Shown here piece by piece: positions 14,080 to 25,766 of a DNA stretch of 64,000 nt. The DNA lies in the NCBI GenBank assembly GCA_048013815.1, contig CM106586.1, positions 16,740,001 through 16,804,000 of the forward strand. Direction: 5' to 3'. The first letter of the stretch is position 1, and each line of letters starts with the position of its first letter. Under the pieces are notes generated by a model. That model saw only the letters and a program-made list of their open reading frames with translations. It had not been told where the DNA came from and searched no databases. Source of the stretch: Setoptus koraiensis (Eukaryota; Animalia; Arthropoda). The position numbers were made by a program, and so were the translations under genes.

Positions 14080-16861
14080 ATGGTCGCAACAATGAAAAAA
14101 ATCTTGCGCTCCATCAAATGGCTTGGCAATCGCACTAAACGGCGCAACAATCACAAACAACAACAATCCGCAAATGATAAAAATAAACATAACAAACAAA
14201 CAATCAACAACAATCGGCCCAACATTGCAAAAAACAACCGCTCGCCCATTGAAATAAACACAACAACGCACAATGTGACAACCAACAACAACAACAACAT
14301 TGACAATTCGGATGATGCAACCATGGCAACCATGACATCGAAACCGATTGTGGCCGCCAACGGGCGCTTGCGTCACTCAATAAAATCATCACGCTCCTCT
14401 AACGGCGACGACTCGGACCCGTTCGAATGGATATCGCTCATCTCGTTCGACTGTCAATGCACCTGTCCTGTGCAACCCTTCACAACTAACGGTACGCGAA
14501 CAACAAACAACACGACAACAACAAACAATGCTGCTGTTCGTGCACAACAATGTCACAATGGCGCAACTGAACCCGCTGCAATTGAATTGTGCAATATCGA
14601 CGACAATGACGCAACATTACTGTCAACGGCAACAACGACAACAACAACAACAACAACGACAACAACGACAACAACGACAACGCCGTTTGTTGCGAACGTC
14701 GTCAACGATAAAAAACTGCATCAAACCGAACTGGCTATTGTGTCGTCCATGTCGTCTGGGTCGTCGCAAACGGCTGCGCTTAAAAAACAACCACTGACTC
14801 AAATTAACAATGCTAATTGTCATCAATGCGGCTCCTGGTCGCAACCACTGAAATCGCTGCTGGGCCAAACAAAACAATATCGCCAACAACAACGTCAACT
14901 GCAACAACAACGCCAACTACAACTGCAACAACTGCAACAACTGCACCGGCTCGACTGCTTCGACTCGCTGGACAATCGCGCAACAAATAACAATTATAAT
15001 GTCGATTACATAATGGAAACGATCACCATCGACGATTGTGTCAATTATCCGCTCATTGAATTCAACAACTTCGAATCGCCGCCGCCGCTGCCGCCGCCGC
15101 TGGCGACATCGACGGTTGCATCGACGATCACATCGGCATCAACATCGACTCATGTCGACTGTCATAATCACACGCCAATTGCCAACCAAACTGGATGCAC
15201 AAACAAAAATGCAAATCAACACTGGCCGTCGAACCTGTCGCTGATGCAATCAATCGGGGCCAAACATCGCTCATGTGAACACAACAACATCATCGACACC
15301 GACAACCGCAACAACCGCAACAACCGCAACAACCGCAACAACAACATTTGCGACAACCACGACAACACCGTTGGCGACAACCGCGTTTCGGCCAACGACA
15401 ACGACATGTCCGCTCTAATTGCCACTTGCGCTCCGCAACAACACCAACAACACCAACAACCACCACAACCACCACCACAACAACAACAACTCGCCGTTGT
15501 GCACAACCAATCGGCGCCGGCCATCGTCCGAAATACGAACGCCAACGTCGATGTCGCTCATGGCGAAACTGCGACCACCGTGAACGGCGTGCTTGGCGTG
15601 GACCTAAAAACCGCTAACTGTCGCTCATCTGTCACTGGCCAAAAACAACAACAACAACAACAACGACAACGACAAATCGATGTCACCTTGTTCGAACAAC
15701 TGTCGCTGGCCAACAATGTGTCGCCGTTGTGTTGCGCAAAAAATCTCATTGCCGACGCTAATAATACCGACGCTAATAATACCGACGACGGTGACGCAAT
15801 TGGCGATGTTGCGCAACTGACAACCACCGCAAATGCAAATCACGGCATCGTGTCGCTGTTGAACCAACTGAATTGCGACGCACTCGGCAACGACAACCAC
15901 AACGCCGATCGCCCAATGATTCATTTCTCGGTGGAATCGACACCGTTGACGTCGCCACTGTCGCCACTCATTCAATTGGCCGCCACCAACCACCGCTGTC
16001 ACCAATTGGCGCACATTAAACAAATTCACAACAACCGCTCCAACAACAACAACAACCAATACCTGGCCATGTCCACCAAATTGGACCTGCTGTGTCGGAC
16101 ACCCACGCCAACGTACCTGTGCGATGCCGGCGCGGACAACCTGTTGCCGCTCATGCCGACAACACCGGCCACGACATGCTCCAAAATGGCAACAACGACC
16201 ACATCGACGACCAACGGCCAATCGGTTGACACGACGACGACATCATCGTCGTCACGACCGTTGCACGCTGATTGCTCGATGCTTCTTTTTTCGATCACTA
16301 ACGATCGCGGCTACCCGAAAACCAACGCAACAAACTCGAACGCAACTTGCAATATTGGCGACACGATCGGCGCCATTGTTCCGACAACAACAACAACGAC
16401 AACAACAACAACGACAACAACAACGCCCATCGCTGATCCTTACTCGAACTTGTCCGCTCATGCACAACAAAACAACAACGACGACAACGACGACAACGAC
16501 GACAACGACGACGACAACAACAACGACAACAACGACGACACTTCGACCCCAACTGCGAACTCTGGCTGCGCTTCGCGAACGAACTCGCATCGGGATTTGG
16601 ATCGGAATGCCGCTGGCTCGAACTCCCAATCTCACCGCTCCGAATGCGACTCGGCCGCTTGTGACGCAACCGGCGAACGACGCGACGCAACCGCAAACTG
16701 TGGCGCACTCAATGAAACTTGCACTTGGAACCACTCAACTCTGAAACTGTCGACCGCAATCATCGATTGTACATTGTTCCACGGCAACGCCGCCGACGAC
16801 AACACCGCCGAACCGGCCGATCCGACAACACAAACAACGACGCAACAACAACATCAACATC

Positions 16862-16932
<71 letters not shown>

Positions 16933-17853
16933 CCTGTGCCGTCTGCGCGAAAACTGTCTCTGACTAATGTCGCATCTCCAATCGCATCGACATCGCGCCA
17001 TCATTCGTCGTCTGGCTGCCATTCTGACGCAACAACAACAACAACTGATTTAAATCATCGTCAATTGTCAACTATGCTGACCAACTGCCCACCGCCGCCA
17101 ATGGCGCCACATGCTGCCGCTGCCGTTGTGGCCATGCAATCGTCGTTGCAAAACGCCAATCAACTGAACGCGCTGCTAACTGCCAATAATTGCGCAACAA
17201 CCACAACAACGACAAATCAAATTTGCGACCACGTAAAAACAAACGAACAAACGCTACTGATGGGTGGCGCTGCAATCACCGCTCAACAACAACTGCAAAT
17301 CAATCATCTGTTCGTCGACGACGACAACCGAAACTCGTCAACGTCATCGACAACAACTGTCAACAACCACACAAATTTGCAACAACAACAATGTGCCGAC
17401 AACAACACCGACAACAACAACACCAACATCAACAACACCGACATCAACAACACCGACGTCAACAACACCGACGCTGTTCACCTGGCGGGCATATCTACGC
17501 AAATGCAAACGCACACGAACACGAACGGCACAACGAAACCAAATGACCAAACGACAATTGAAAATGACCCCGATGAAAACGCCGCTCAAATGTGGCCGTG
17601 CATTCAATTGAAAAATAACAACAATTTCAATAATGATGACGGTGAAAATGCAAATCGCTCCAACGATGATCGTGTCCTAAATGAAATAAATGCAACGTCG
17701 CCGACAACAACGCCGCTCGCCGACAACAATGACGCCAATGACAACAACAACAACAACGACAAATACCACGACGTTTGCCGCGCTCGTCCGGCCAATGCCA
17801 ACAACGAACGCCCTGCCTCCGACAACAACACCAACAACAACAACAACAACACC

Positions 17854-17933
<80 letters not shown>

Positions 17934-19182
17934 CGACGACGCCGACGACGGCTTGGCGAACCTGTCGGATACACCTGTTGCAATTGTGCAAAATGGCGCA
18001 ACGGTTGCCGCCGAACCGGCTCTGAACGGTGCCGCCGAAACAACAATGTTGAACAATGTTGAAAACGCCGCCGGCTGCGTCGCTTGGCAACTTGTTGCCG
18101 CCGCCGCCGCTGCGCCGAAAAACGATGGAAAAACTGCCGGCCGCTCGAACGAACCTTCGAATGGCGAACATTCTTTATTCGAAATGAACGCTGCCCATGC
18201 GAACGCTCGCAACGCCAACAAAAACGACGGCTCCACTTTAAATGCAAATGAATCGGCCGAACAACGACAACAACAACGACAAACCGAAAACGCGCGCCAA
18301 CCGGGAAATCAAATCAATTGTCCGTTGTCACCTGTTGCCGGCGCTCAATTGTGCCCCGCAACAACCGCAACCACAACAACCGCAACAACTACAACAACCG
18401 CAACAACCATACCGACCGCCGCGCTCGACCACTCGCGCTCGGCCAATCAATTGTGCAACAACGCCGATTTCGAAAAAACGGACGCGATTGACGGACAACA
18501 ACAACAACAACAACACGCTGACAACGACAATGTGTGGCGCCCTTTCGGTAACGCGGATGCCGGCTCAACTGACGTGATGGTGCCATCAAATGCAAACATC
18601 AATGTTAATTGCGACATCGATGTTGTGAACGGCGATCAACTCGATCGGTCGCACTGTCGATTGGCCGCTCATGACGCAACCGTCGATCGATCTGATTCGA
18701 ACGTGACGCAACAACATCAACTCGTCGACAACTTTGGCGACCAACGGCCCAACCACAACAACCACAACAACAACCACGACAACGACAACAACAACCACAA
18801 CAACCACGACAACCAAAACAACCACAACGACAACAACAACAACGACAACCGCGACTCGTCGATGGACGCGACCCGACGCGACGAAACAAACAAAACGACG
18901 TCGTCCGTGCGCTCAAACCAATGGTCGTCGTCGTCGTCGTCGCTGAAACGGCGCCCATCGCTCCCGTTTGCCTTCTTCAAACAAAACCAATTTACCTGTC
19001 GCGACACGGGCCCAACAACGAAAATGGCCAACACCGACGACATTGATTTTGTTGAAAATCGATCGCCTGCGCCAACCGGCAAACCGGACACCGCCGACCA
19101 ACAACTGACGCCGACGATGGAAAAATTGACCGCCAACGATCGCGTCACAACCAATGACCACCACAAACAACAACCACAACAG
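14080..19182 (+). CDS. AG-free 1,701-codon ORF; putative alternative first exon or 5' extension encoding an N/Q/T-rich disordered region, in frame with the MyTH4-FERM exons
   Basis: In-frame TAA at 14062-14064, then ATG at 14080 with no AG between them. No stop for 5.1 kb although TAA and TGA are common in the other frames. Continues in frame into 19183-19878. Confidence 0.7.
16861..16932 (+). repeat. Pure (CAA)24 polyglutamine tract
   Basis: 24 consecutive CAA with no CAG, consistent with AG exclusion. Confidence 0.95.
17854..17934 (+). repeat. (AAC)27 polyasparagine tract
   Basis: Uninterrupted AAC run within the long ORF. Confidence 0.9.
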
Positions 19183-19878
19183 GACCTGTCACTGGAGGAC
19201 CTGCGCCAGTGCTGCAAATCGGAGCCCATTTATGCCACTGGGGCCGCCAGTCAGCTGAGTGGCGCCTCGGCGGCCACTTGTGGTCAGCGCAATCAGCAGG
19301 ACGATTGCGCAATCGGCAACAGGCAGTGCGCGGACCCCAAGCAAGCGGATGCCAACAGCAACAACAACAACAACAACAACGGCAACGGCAAGCAAGCGAC
19401 CGGCGACGCCAACAACAACTCAGACGGAAAATATTCTCTGCTTCAGTATGCGCTGTACAATTTTCGCGAGGCCATAGAAAAGTATTCGCTTGAGTCGCAA
19501 TCGAAAGTGAAAGAGAACTCGCTGCGCGGCTCGCTAAAACTGATCGAAACACTTCGAAACAGCAACAAGCAACAGGGCAAACTAATGAGCCCCACAGGCA
19601 CGCTCCAGCAGCAAGATTGTGGCGCCGAGCGCAAGAAATCGAGCGCCGCCTCGGCGCTCGGTCTGGCCACGCTAACGACCAGCGCCAAAAAGAACAAGCA
19701 CAACAAGCACAACAACAACAGCAACAACAACAACAGCGGCGCTGCTGATGCAAAACTGCACGACGGCCAAACCGCTTCCGGCGATTCGGCCAGAAATTCC
19801 GGCGTCGCCGGCAAGCAGCACGGCGCCTCCTTCGACTGGACCTGGAAGGAGCTGGCCGAGCTGGTCAAGTTTACACAG
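19183..19878 (+). CDS. Myo15: Myosin XV-like exon leading into the second MyTH4 domain
   Basis: CCACAACAG| acceptor, phase 0. Encodes DGKYSLLQYALYNF...DWTWKELAELVKFTQ, matching the conserved KYSLLQFA...WxELVKF signature. CAG|GTGAGT donor. Confidence 0.85.
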
Positions 19879-19934
19879 GTGAGTGCGGGCCGCTTTCGCG
19901 AGAGCCGCTCCTAGCGCGACCGGTCGCCGATAAT

Positions 19935-20032
19935 TGACCGAGCGCCGACAACTGACCGAGCGCCGACGACTGACCGGGCGCCGACGACTGACCGGGCGCC
20001 GACAACTGACCGAGCGCCGACAACTGACCGAG
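19935..20032 (+). repeat. 18-bp tandem repeat (TGACCGAGCGCCGACAAC-like), ~5 copies
   Basis: Directly visible just after the 19879 donor. Confidence 0.9.
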
Positions 20033-21893
20033 CGGTCCCGTTAGTCTGCGCATCGCTCGCATCGGGCGAGTTGCGTCACACTGCCGATTTGCTCATTTCT
20101 GCGTGCGAGTGACAAACGCAGCCGGCGAGAGCTGAGGCGCGACAAGCGCGCGAAAGCTGCGTCGCGATGCGCGGGCCGAGCCCGCGAGCCGAAAATTCCG
20201 GCAAATGCCCGGCCGGCCAGTGCGACTTCCGGTTTGCCGCTCGCCGTTCGCCGCTCGCCGCTTGGCAGCCCGGGCGGCAGGCGCCGGGATGCGGACGGGC
20301 TGCGGCGGGATGCGGCCGAGCAGCAAAGGCCCGGCGCCGCGCAGATCGAGCCCGGCCGATAGATGGTATCTGTCTCACGCATTGTGGGCCGCCCGTCCGA
20401 TTCAGCTGATACGAGTCGCATCAGGCGACATGCTCGGTGGCGCAGCGGCGAGACGAGCGGTCACTCGTTTAGTGGCAACAACATTAAGATTGTGCGATAA
20501 TGAAGTGAGCGAGAGTTGCAATTTCAGCTTCTTTTCGCCGGCCGTTTCGCCGGCCGTTTCGCCGGCCGTTTCGCCGGCCGTTTCGCTGGCTGCGCTTCGC
20601 CGGAATAAATAGAAACGGCGAGATTTCGGCGACGGCCGCCGGTGTGAGAGCCGCCGACCGGCGGGCTGGCCGCTCCGTCTGGGCGGCGTGTCGCCCAGCG
20701 AGAGCGCGCCCAAACAAGCGCGCCAGATTAATGGTGTTCGCGTAACGGTAGCAGTTTACTTTTTAATTTTCAACTTTCGACTCTCAACTCTCGGCTCTCA
20801 ACTCTCGGCTCTCAACTTCTGACTCTCGGCTCTCAGCTCGCAACTTTCGGCTCTCGGCTCGCAACTTTCGTCTCGCAACTTCTGGCTCGCAACTTCTGGC
20901 TCGCAACTCTGAATCTCGGCTCTCGAATCGCAACTTTCGGCCAGAGCGAAGTTGGTCGCCAATTAGCGGATCGTCGCAGCCAGCGAGCGCCACAAGTGCA
21001 ACTTGTTTCGCTTGTCGTCGTCGGCGCTGCCGTTGTTGTTGCGCATGGCCGATGGTCGCAAACATCCGCCTTTCAATTAACTCTCGCTCGCCGTCTCGCC
21101 GGCCGACTTCATTTGGCACACACAATGACGCCAACTTTGCGCAAATGTTGCGACAAAAACACGGCAACCGACGGCTCGCTGGCCCTCGGACGGCATCTCG
21201 GGCTGCCTATGTCGGCTGCCTAGCTTGCGCAATATTCGTTACCTGTGTACACTGCGCACACGGCGTAACGGTGTATTTGCCAGATATTATCTGGCCGATT
21301 GGCGACACACAAACGCGGACATTATGATGATCATTACGATGCTAATGATAAGCCCATGTATTGACAAAAAGAATCCGCTCGAACAGGCCGCTGCTCATCA
21401 TTAGACAAAGTGCTCATGCGGCTCGCTCGCTAATTTAATTTGTTGCTCGTTATGTCCGCTCGTTATGTCCGCTCAGTTCAGTCGCAAACAACCAACTTTT
21501 GGCGCCGTAACAGACCGTTTACAACGTTAAACATGCGCTGTTAGTCGGCCGCATTGACAACATTTATTACATAATTGTCCGCCAGCAGCACCCAACAATA
21601 CCTGGCGAAACAATGCTCGCAATTGCACGTTTATCCGTTACAATCACATGCTGCAGTCACCAAGTGGCCGACACTCTATAGATCAATAGCCACCGTCCAC
21701 TAACTTTAACCTTAAATCTCATCCCATGTCGCCCTCGCAACCCGACCAAAATGACCGACGCGACCAAAATGACCGACGCGACCAAAATGACCGACGCGAC
21801 CAAAATGATCGACGCGATCTGGCCCGCGCACTGGCCCGACAACTCGAATGCTGCCTGTGCCAATCAACCCAACCGCCGTGCCACTACCAACAG

Positions 21894-21966
21894 GAGCCCA
21901 TACGAGGCCCATTGCTCAAGTTACCGTCGCACGAATTGTCCAAGTGCGCCGTCGAGTCCTTCGTTG
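21894..21966 (+). CDS. Myo15: Myosin XV-like MyTH4 exon (EPIRGPLLKLPSHELSKCAVESFV)
   Basis: CCAACAG| and |GTGAGT, phases 0/1. PIxxPLLKL is the MyTH4 start motif. Confidence 0.9.
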
Positions 21967-22201
21967 GTGAGTATATCAACGGTATATCAACGGTATATCA
22001 ATGGCGCCCACTGATCAGAGTCGACGACGAGCGGCCAATCTCGTCTCACCATGAGCCGTTCTCACGCAAATCGTCAGTGAATTGACTGTCAGTGAGCTAA
22101 ATTGAATCCAAATTATCCATCCAATCGCAATCTAATCGCCCAAATTTGCCCAATTCAAACAATCAAATTGTCTCATATCAATTGTGCCCATTGCCCAACA
22201 G

Positions 22202-22278
22202 CCATCATGCAATACATGGGCGACTATCCCATACCAAAGAACCAGACCGAGGTCGAGTGCGTCTACACCATACTAGTG
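22202..22278 (+). CDS. Myo15: Myosin XV-like MyTH4 exon (AIMQYMGDYP...ECVYTILV)
   Basis: CCCAACAG| and |GTAAGT, phases 1/0. Carries the IMxYMGDYP MyTH4 motif. Confidence 0.92.
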
Positions 22279-22415
22279 GTAAGTGGCATCAATGTCGCGT
22301 CGATTGTCCGACAACAATGTTGAATTTTTTTATAATTTTTATTCTAAGCGACAACAAAATTTTCAAATAATAACAACCAACTAACGCGCAAACTATCTTA
22401 CACTCGCCTACGCAG

Positions 22416-22498
22416 AACTGTCACAAATATCCTATCATGCGCGACGAGATCTACTGCCAAATAATGAAACAGACAACCAACAACAAGAGCCCCAAACC
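22416..22498 (+). CDS. Myo15: Myosin XV-like MyTH4 exon (NCHKYPIMRDEIYCQIMKQTTNNKSPK)
   Basis: TACGCAG| and |GTAAG, phases 0/2. RDEIYCQxxKQTTNN is the MyTH4 hallmark. Confidence 0.93.
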
Positions 22499-22667
22499 GT
22501 AAGCCATCGCCCCATACCAACAATAAATGATGATAATATCCGTCCCCAACGACAGATCAGATTGTTATCAGTTTCGCCACACACAAGTCAGTGTGATCTC
22601 AAGTACAATTGACTAACCGATTCATTTTAATCGCTATTCATCATTTAATTATCGCTTCGAAAAACAG

Positions 22668-23068
22668 CGACAGTTGCCTGCGCGGCTGGAGACTCTTCTC
22701 GATCATCGCCGCCTATTTCGATTGCTCCGACGACTTCCGGCCGTATTTGTTGAAATATCTGGAGACGGCCGCTTTCGACAGGCGACGGGCCTTCTACTCG
22801 TTGGCGTCGTTGTGTTTGCAAAATTTACGAAAGACATTCAAGTACAAGGGAAGAAAGAACGTGCCCTCCATAGAGGAGATAGCCGCTATTAGCGCGGGCA
22901 GAAACAGTAAACGCCAAATATATCGCTTGCCCGGCGGCACCGAACGTGTGATAAATACAAAGTCTACCACTGTGGTCCAAGACATCATTCAAGAGATTTG
23001 CTCCATGCTACAGGTGACCAACGCGATCGAAATGGACGAGTTCTCGCTCTATTGCATCGTGGAGGGAG
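22668..23068 (+). CDS. Myo15: Myosin XV-like MyTH4 end and FERM start
   Basis: DSCLRGWRLFSIIAAYF...GRKNVPSIEEI...RQIYRLPGGTERVINT...EFSLYCIVEG. AAAACAG| and |GTGAGT, phases 2/1. Confidence 0.93.
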
Positions 23069-23116
23069 GTGAGTGTCTTGCCAAGTTGCTGCTCTCTGCT
23101 GGGGCGTTTTCTATGA

Positions 23117-23300
23117 TTTCCGACAATTTCTGAAAATTTCTGAAAATTTCGGACAATTTCGGACAATTTCTGACAATTTCGGACAATTCTGATTTCTGGA
23201 AATTTTGATTTCTGACAATTAAAATTTCTGACATTCACAATTTCTGACATTCACAACTTCTGACAACCACAATTTCTGACAACCACAATTTCTGACAATT
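23117..23300 (+). repeat. Degenerate ~10-bp array (TTTCTGACAA-like) filling most of the last myosin intron
   Basis: Directly visible; contains no AG. Confidence 0.85.
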
Positions 23301-23329
23301 ACTATTCCTAATGATCGTTTGCTTGGCAG

Positions 23330-24297
23330 ACCTGTACACGATGCCGCTGAACAGGGACGAATACATTCTGGACATCACTACTGAATTGCTCAAAAACGGC
23401 CAGATATTCTATCTCATCTTCTGTCGGTCCGTTTGGTTTTATCCGTTACATTTGGACAGTCACCTGTATATAGAGGTCGTGTTCAATCAGATTGCGCCCG
23501 ACTATTTGGAGGGCCTGTTGTTGGTGATGCCAAACGAACAATTAAGCCAACGAAATGTTGTTGATATTGCCCGAGTGGCGGCACTGTTGCACCGTGCCGC
23601 CGGAATGGAGGAAATGCCCAACAAGGAAGAAGTGAAATACCTGTTACCCAAGCCAATATTGTCCTTTCACAAGCCGTCGTCTTCGTCGTCGTCGGCCACA
23701 TTATCCAGCAACAACAACAACAACAACAACAATAGTAATGGCCAACAGTCGGCCTCGCTCACAACAACCAGCAGTCACAGTAGCTCGGTGAGCCAACTTC
23801 CGGTTTCCGGTTATGTGAAGCCCCAAAAATGGATTGATATGGTGCAAAAGAATTGGAGCGACATGACGGCATTGGACACTCTTGATGCCAAGGCACAATG
23901 TTTGGATATTTTGCAAAAGTGGCCCCTGTTTGGTTCGTGTTTTTTCGCTATCAAGCTCATCAGGAGTGACACAACACAACATAGCGACCATATATTGGCT
24001 TTAAATAGAATGGGCGTGCACATGTTAGATATGGAATCGCACGAAACGCAACACAGGTACCCCTATAGTGAGGTTATATCAACTAGAAAGGTTCGCTCCG
24101 AGGATGGAACACTTTATCTGGATATGAAGTGTGGCAATTTGATGCACAAGACCATCACGCGCATACAAACAGATCAGGCCCACGAGATATCTCGTCTCAT
24201 AAAACAATACATAGATATTGAACAAAGTCATAGAAACGGATGCCACAAACAAAACGATGCAATGGACACACCAGCCAATATGATGATATCCAAATAA
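23330..24297 (+). CDS. Myo15: Myosin XV-like terminal exon, FERM domain
   Basis: DLYTMPLNRDEYILDITTELLK...FNQIAPDYLEGLLL...WPLFGSCFFA...EVISTRKVRSEDG...QAHEISRLIKQYI. Stop TAA overlaps AATAAA (24293-24298). Confidence 0.95.
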
Positions 24298-24639
24298 ATG
24301 GATGTGAAAGAAAAAATGAACAAACAAATATATCGCTGCTTTTACACTATTCCACACACACTGTACACACTGTATTCCTAGATTAAATTATTGCCACATA
24401 AGGCTCAAATTTAAATTTAAATTTAAATCCAAATTTGTGAATCAAGTTGCCTCGCGCCACTATTATGATAGTACGCCGGCCATTATCAAGTGTGTCCGAC
24501 TAGATTTTTCAGTGGCGCCCAGCGGCCGTCGAGATGTCCGCTAGCTATCTATGGCCAAGTATTTATCATATATATGCGATAGATACCGGATATCAGTCCA
24601 TCAATCGTTCAGTAATCTCGGCCGATTACGTAGAGGCTT

Positions 24640-25338
24640 TCATCTGGGTGCAACCTCGGGGTAGGGCCAGTTCGCAATCGCCTCATTGGCACTGTCTGGC
24701 ATGTGTAATTCATCGGTTGCGTTTATTTTTTGTCCGATTGCATCCAGCACTTGGCAAATCAGCGCTGCCGTATACAATGGGGCAACAGGCCGAGCGGGAT
24801 AGACAACATAGTTGGCGAATATCTTATCGGAAACATTCTCTGTTTTCTTCAGTTCAACAAGCTCAAAGATGGCTTGTCGGACACTACTATCCGGCTGTCT
24901 GTATGGAGCACACAAAGTATTCGACTGCTTTATGAAGGCCTCTTTGGTCTCAAAAGATTTGCCCAGATTGGCCAAGAATTCTTGTTGCACCATGGGATTG
25001 TTTTGTTTCATACCTCGGGCAACACGGATGGCCTCTTCACCGTCGATTCGGGCTGTTTTTGGCAATCCGGTAGCCACCTGTATGACTCTCATCACTTGTC
25101 TGGGCCAGTGTTCTTCGTGGCTTTGCACACTGGCCTCATCATTTTCAGCGAGTCCAAATAATTCTTTGGCATCCAAATTCAGGCTTGACTCTTTTTCATA
25201 CCATCGAACAACTTGTTCGTTTATCATTTGTATTTTCTCATGAAATTGTGCCCCTCCTCTGGCTGGTGTCGCGCTGGAAAAAATCGAAACAAATACTAAC
25301 GCCACCCCAGTGCCGCTGAAAATATTGACCAGCTTCAT
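24640..25338 (-). CDS. Orphan secreted protein, 232 aa, single exon
   Basis: ATG at 25338; MKLVNIFSGTGVALVFVSIFSSATPA looks like a signal peptide. Non-repetitive, mainly helical-looking sequence with a Cys pair; no family recognised. Confidence 0.75.
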   Translation of the reverse strand: MKLVNIFSGTGVALVFVSIFSSATPARGGAQFHEKIQMINEQVVRWYEKESSLNLDAKELFGLAENDEASVQSHEEHWPRQVMRVIQVATGLPKTARIDGEEAIRVARGMKQNNPMVQQEFLANLGKSFETKEAFIKQSNTLCAPYRQPDSSVRQAIFELVELKKTENVSDKIFANYVVYPARPVAPLYTAALICQVLDAIGQKINATDELHMPDSANEAIANWPYPEVAPR

Positions 25339-25766
25339 TATTTCACAATTTGTCAGCAGAATTGTCAAACAATCTTTTATATTTTGTCACTATTGCAAGC
25401 GAATTCCAATGCGATGTAATGCCGACGGCTCAATCAGATATATTTATTTATCAATATATGGATCACATTTGATATTGAGGATATTCAGTTGCTATTTTGG
25501 GCGTCGAGCTATTTTATCAATTTTTAGAACCGAGAGAAATGATTCAAACTATATCTCATGTCTTCGCGCATTCATAAAGCTCATGTTAGAGCAACAATGT
25601 GCCGAATAGAATTTCACAGACAAGTGGCTGAAAAACGGAGTCGATGAATGGCAAAGTGTTAGCACGGGCATCCCGAATTGGATTACGATTTTCCAAGATT
25701 CGAGATACCGCTTGCAGCCACTTCCAAGAGATGGCAAAGGACAACCACCAACGTTTATCCAATGCG

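Larger units (their letters stand above)
13482..19180 (+). other. 5.7-kb AG-dinucleotide exclusion zone upstream of the 19183 acceptor
   Basis: Last upstream AG is at 13480-13481 (AAATAG). A line-by-line read, including block and line junctions, found no AG until CCACAACAG at 19181-19182. Confidence 0.9.

Noticed and set aside
14151-19868. Many overlapping antisense and alternate-frame ORFs (poly-L/V/C/T) over the long ORF
   Set aside because: By-products of CAA/AAC/ACA trinucleotide runs; no domain content.
14080-19914. The 1,944-aa ORF as a stand-alone single-exon gene
   Set aside because: A consensus donor at 19879 continues in phase into MyTH4 exons; the last 11 codons are intron read-through.
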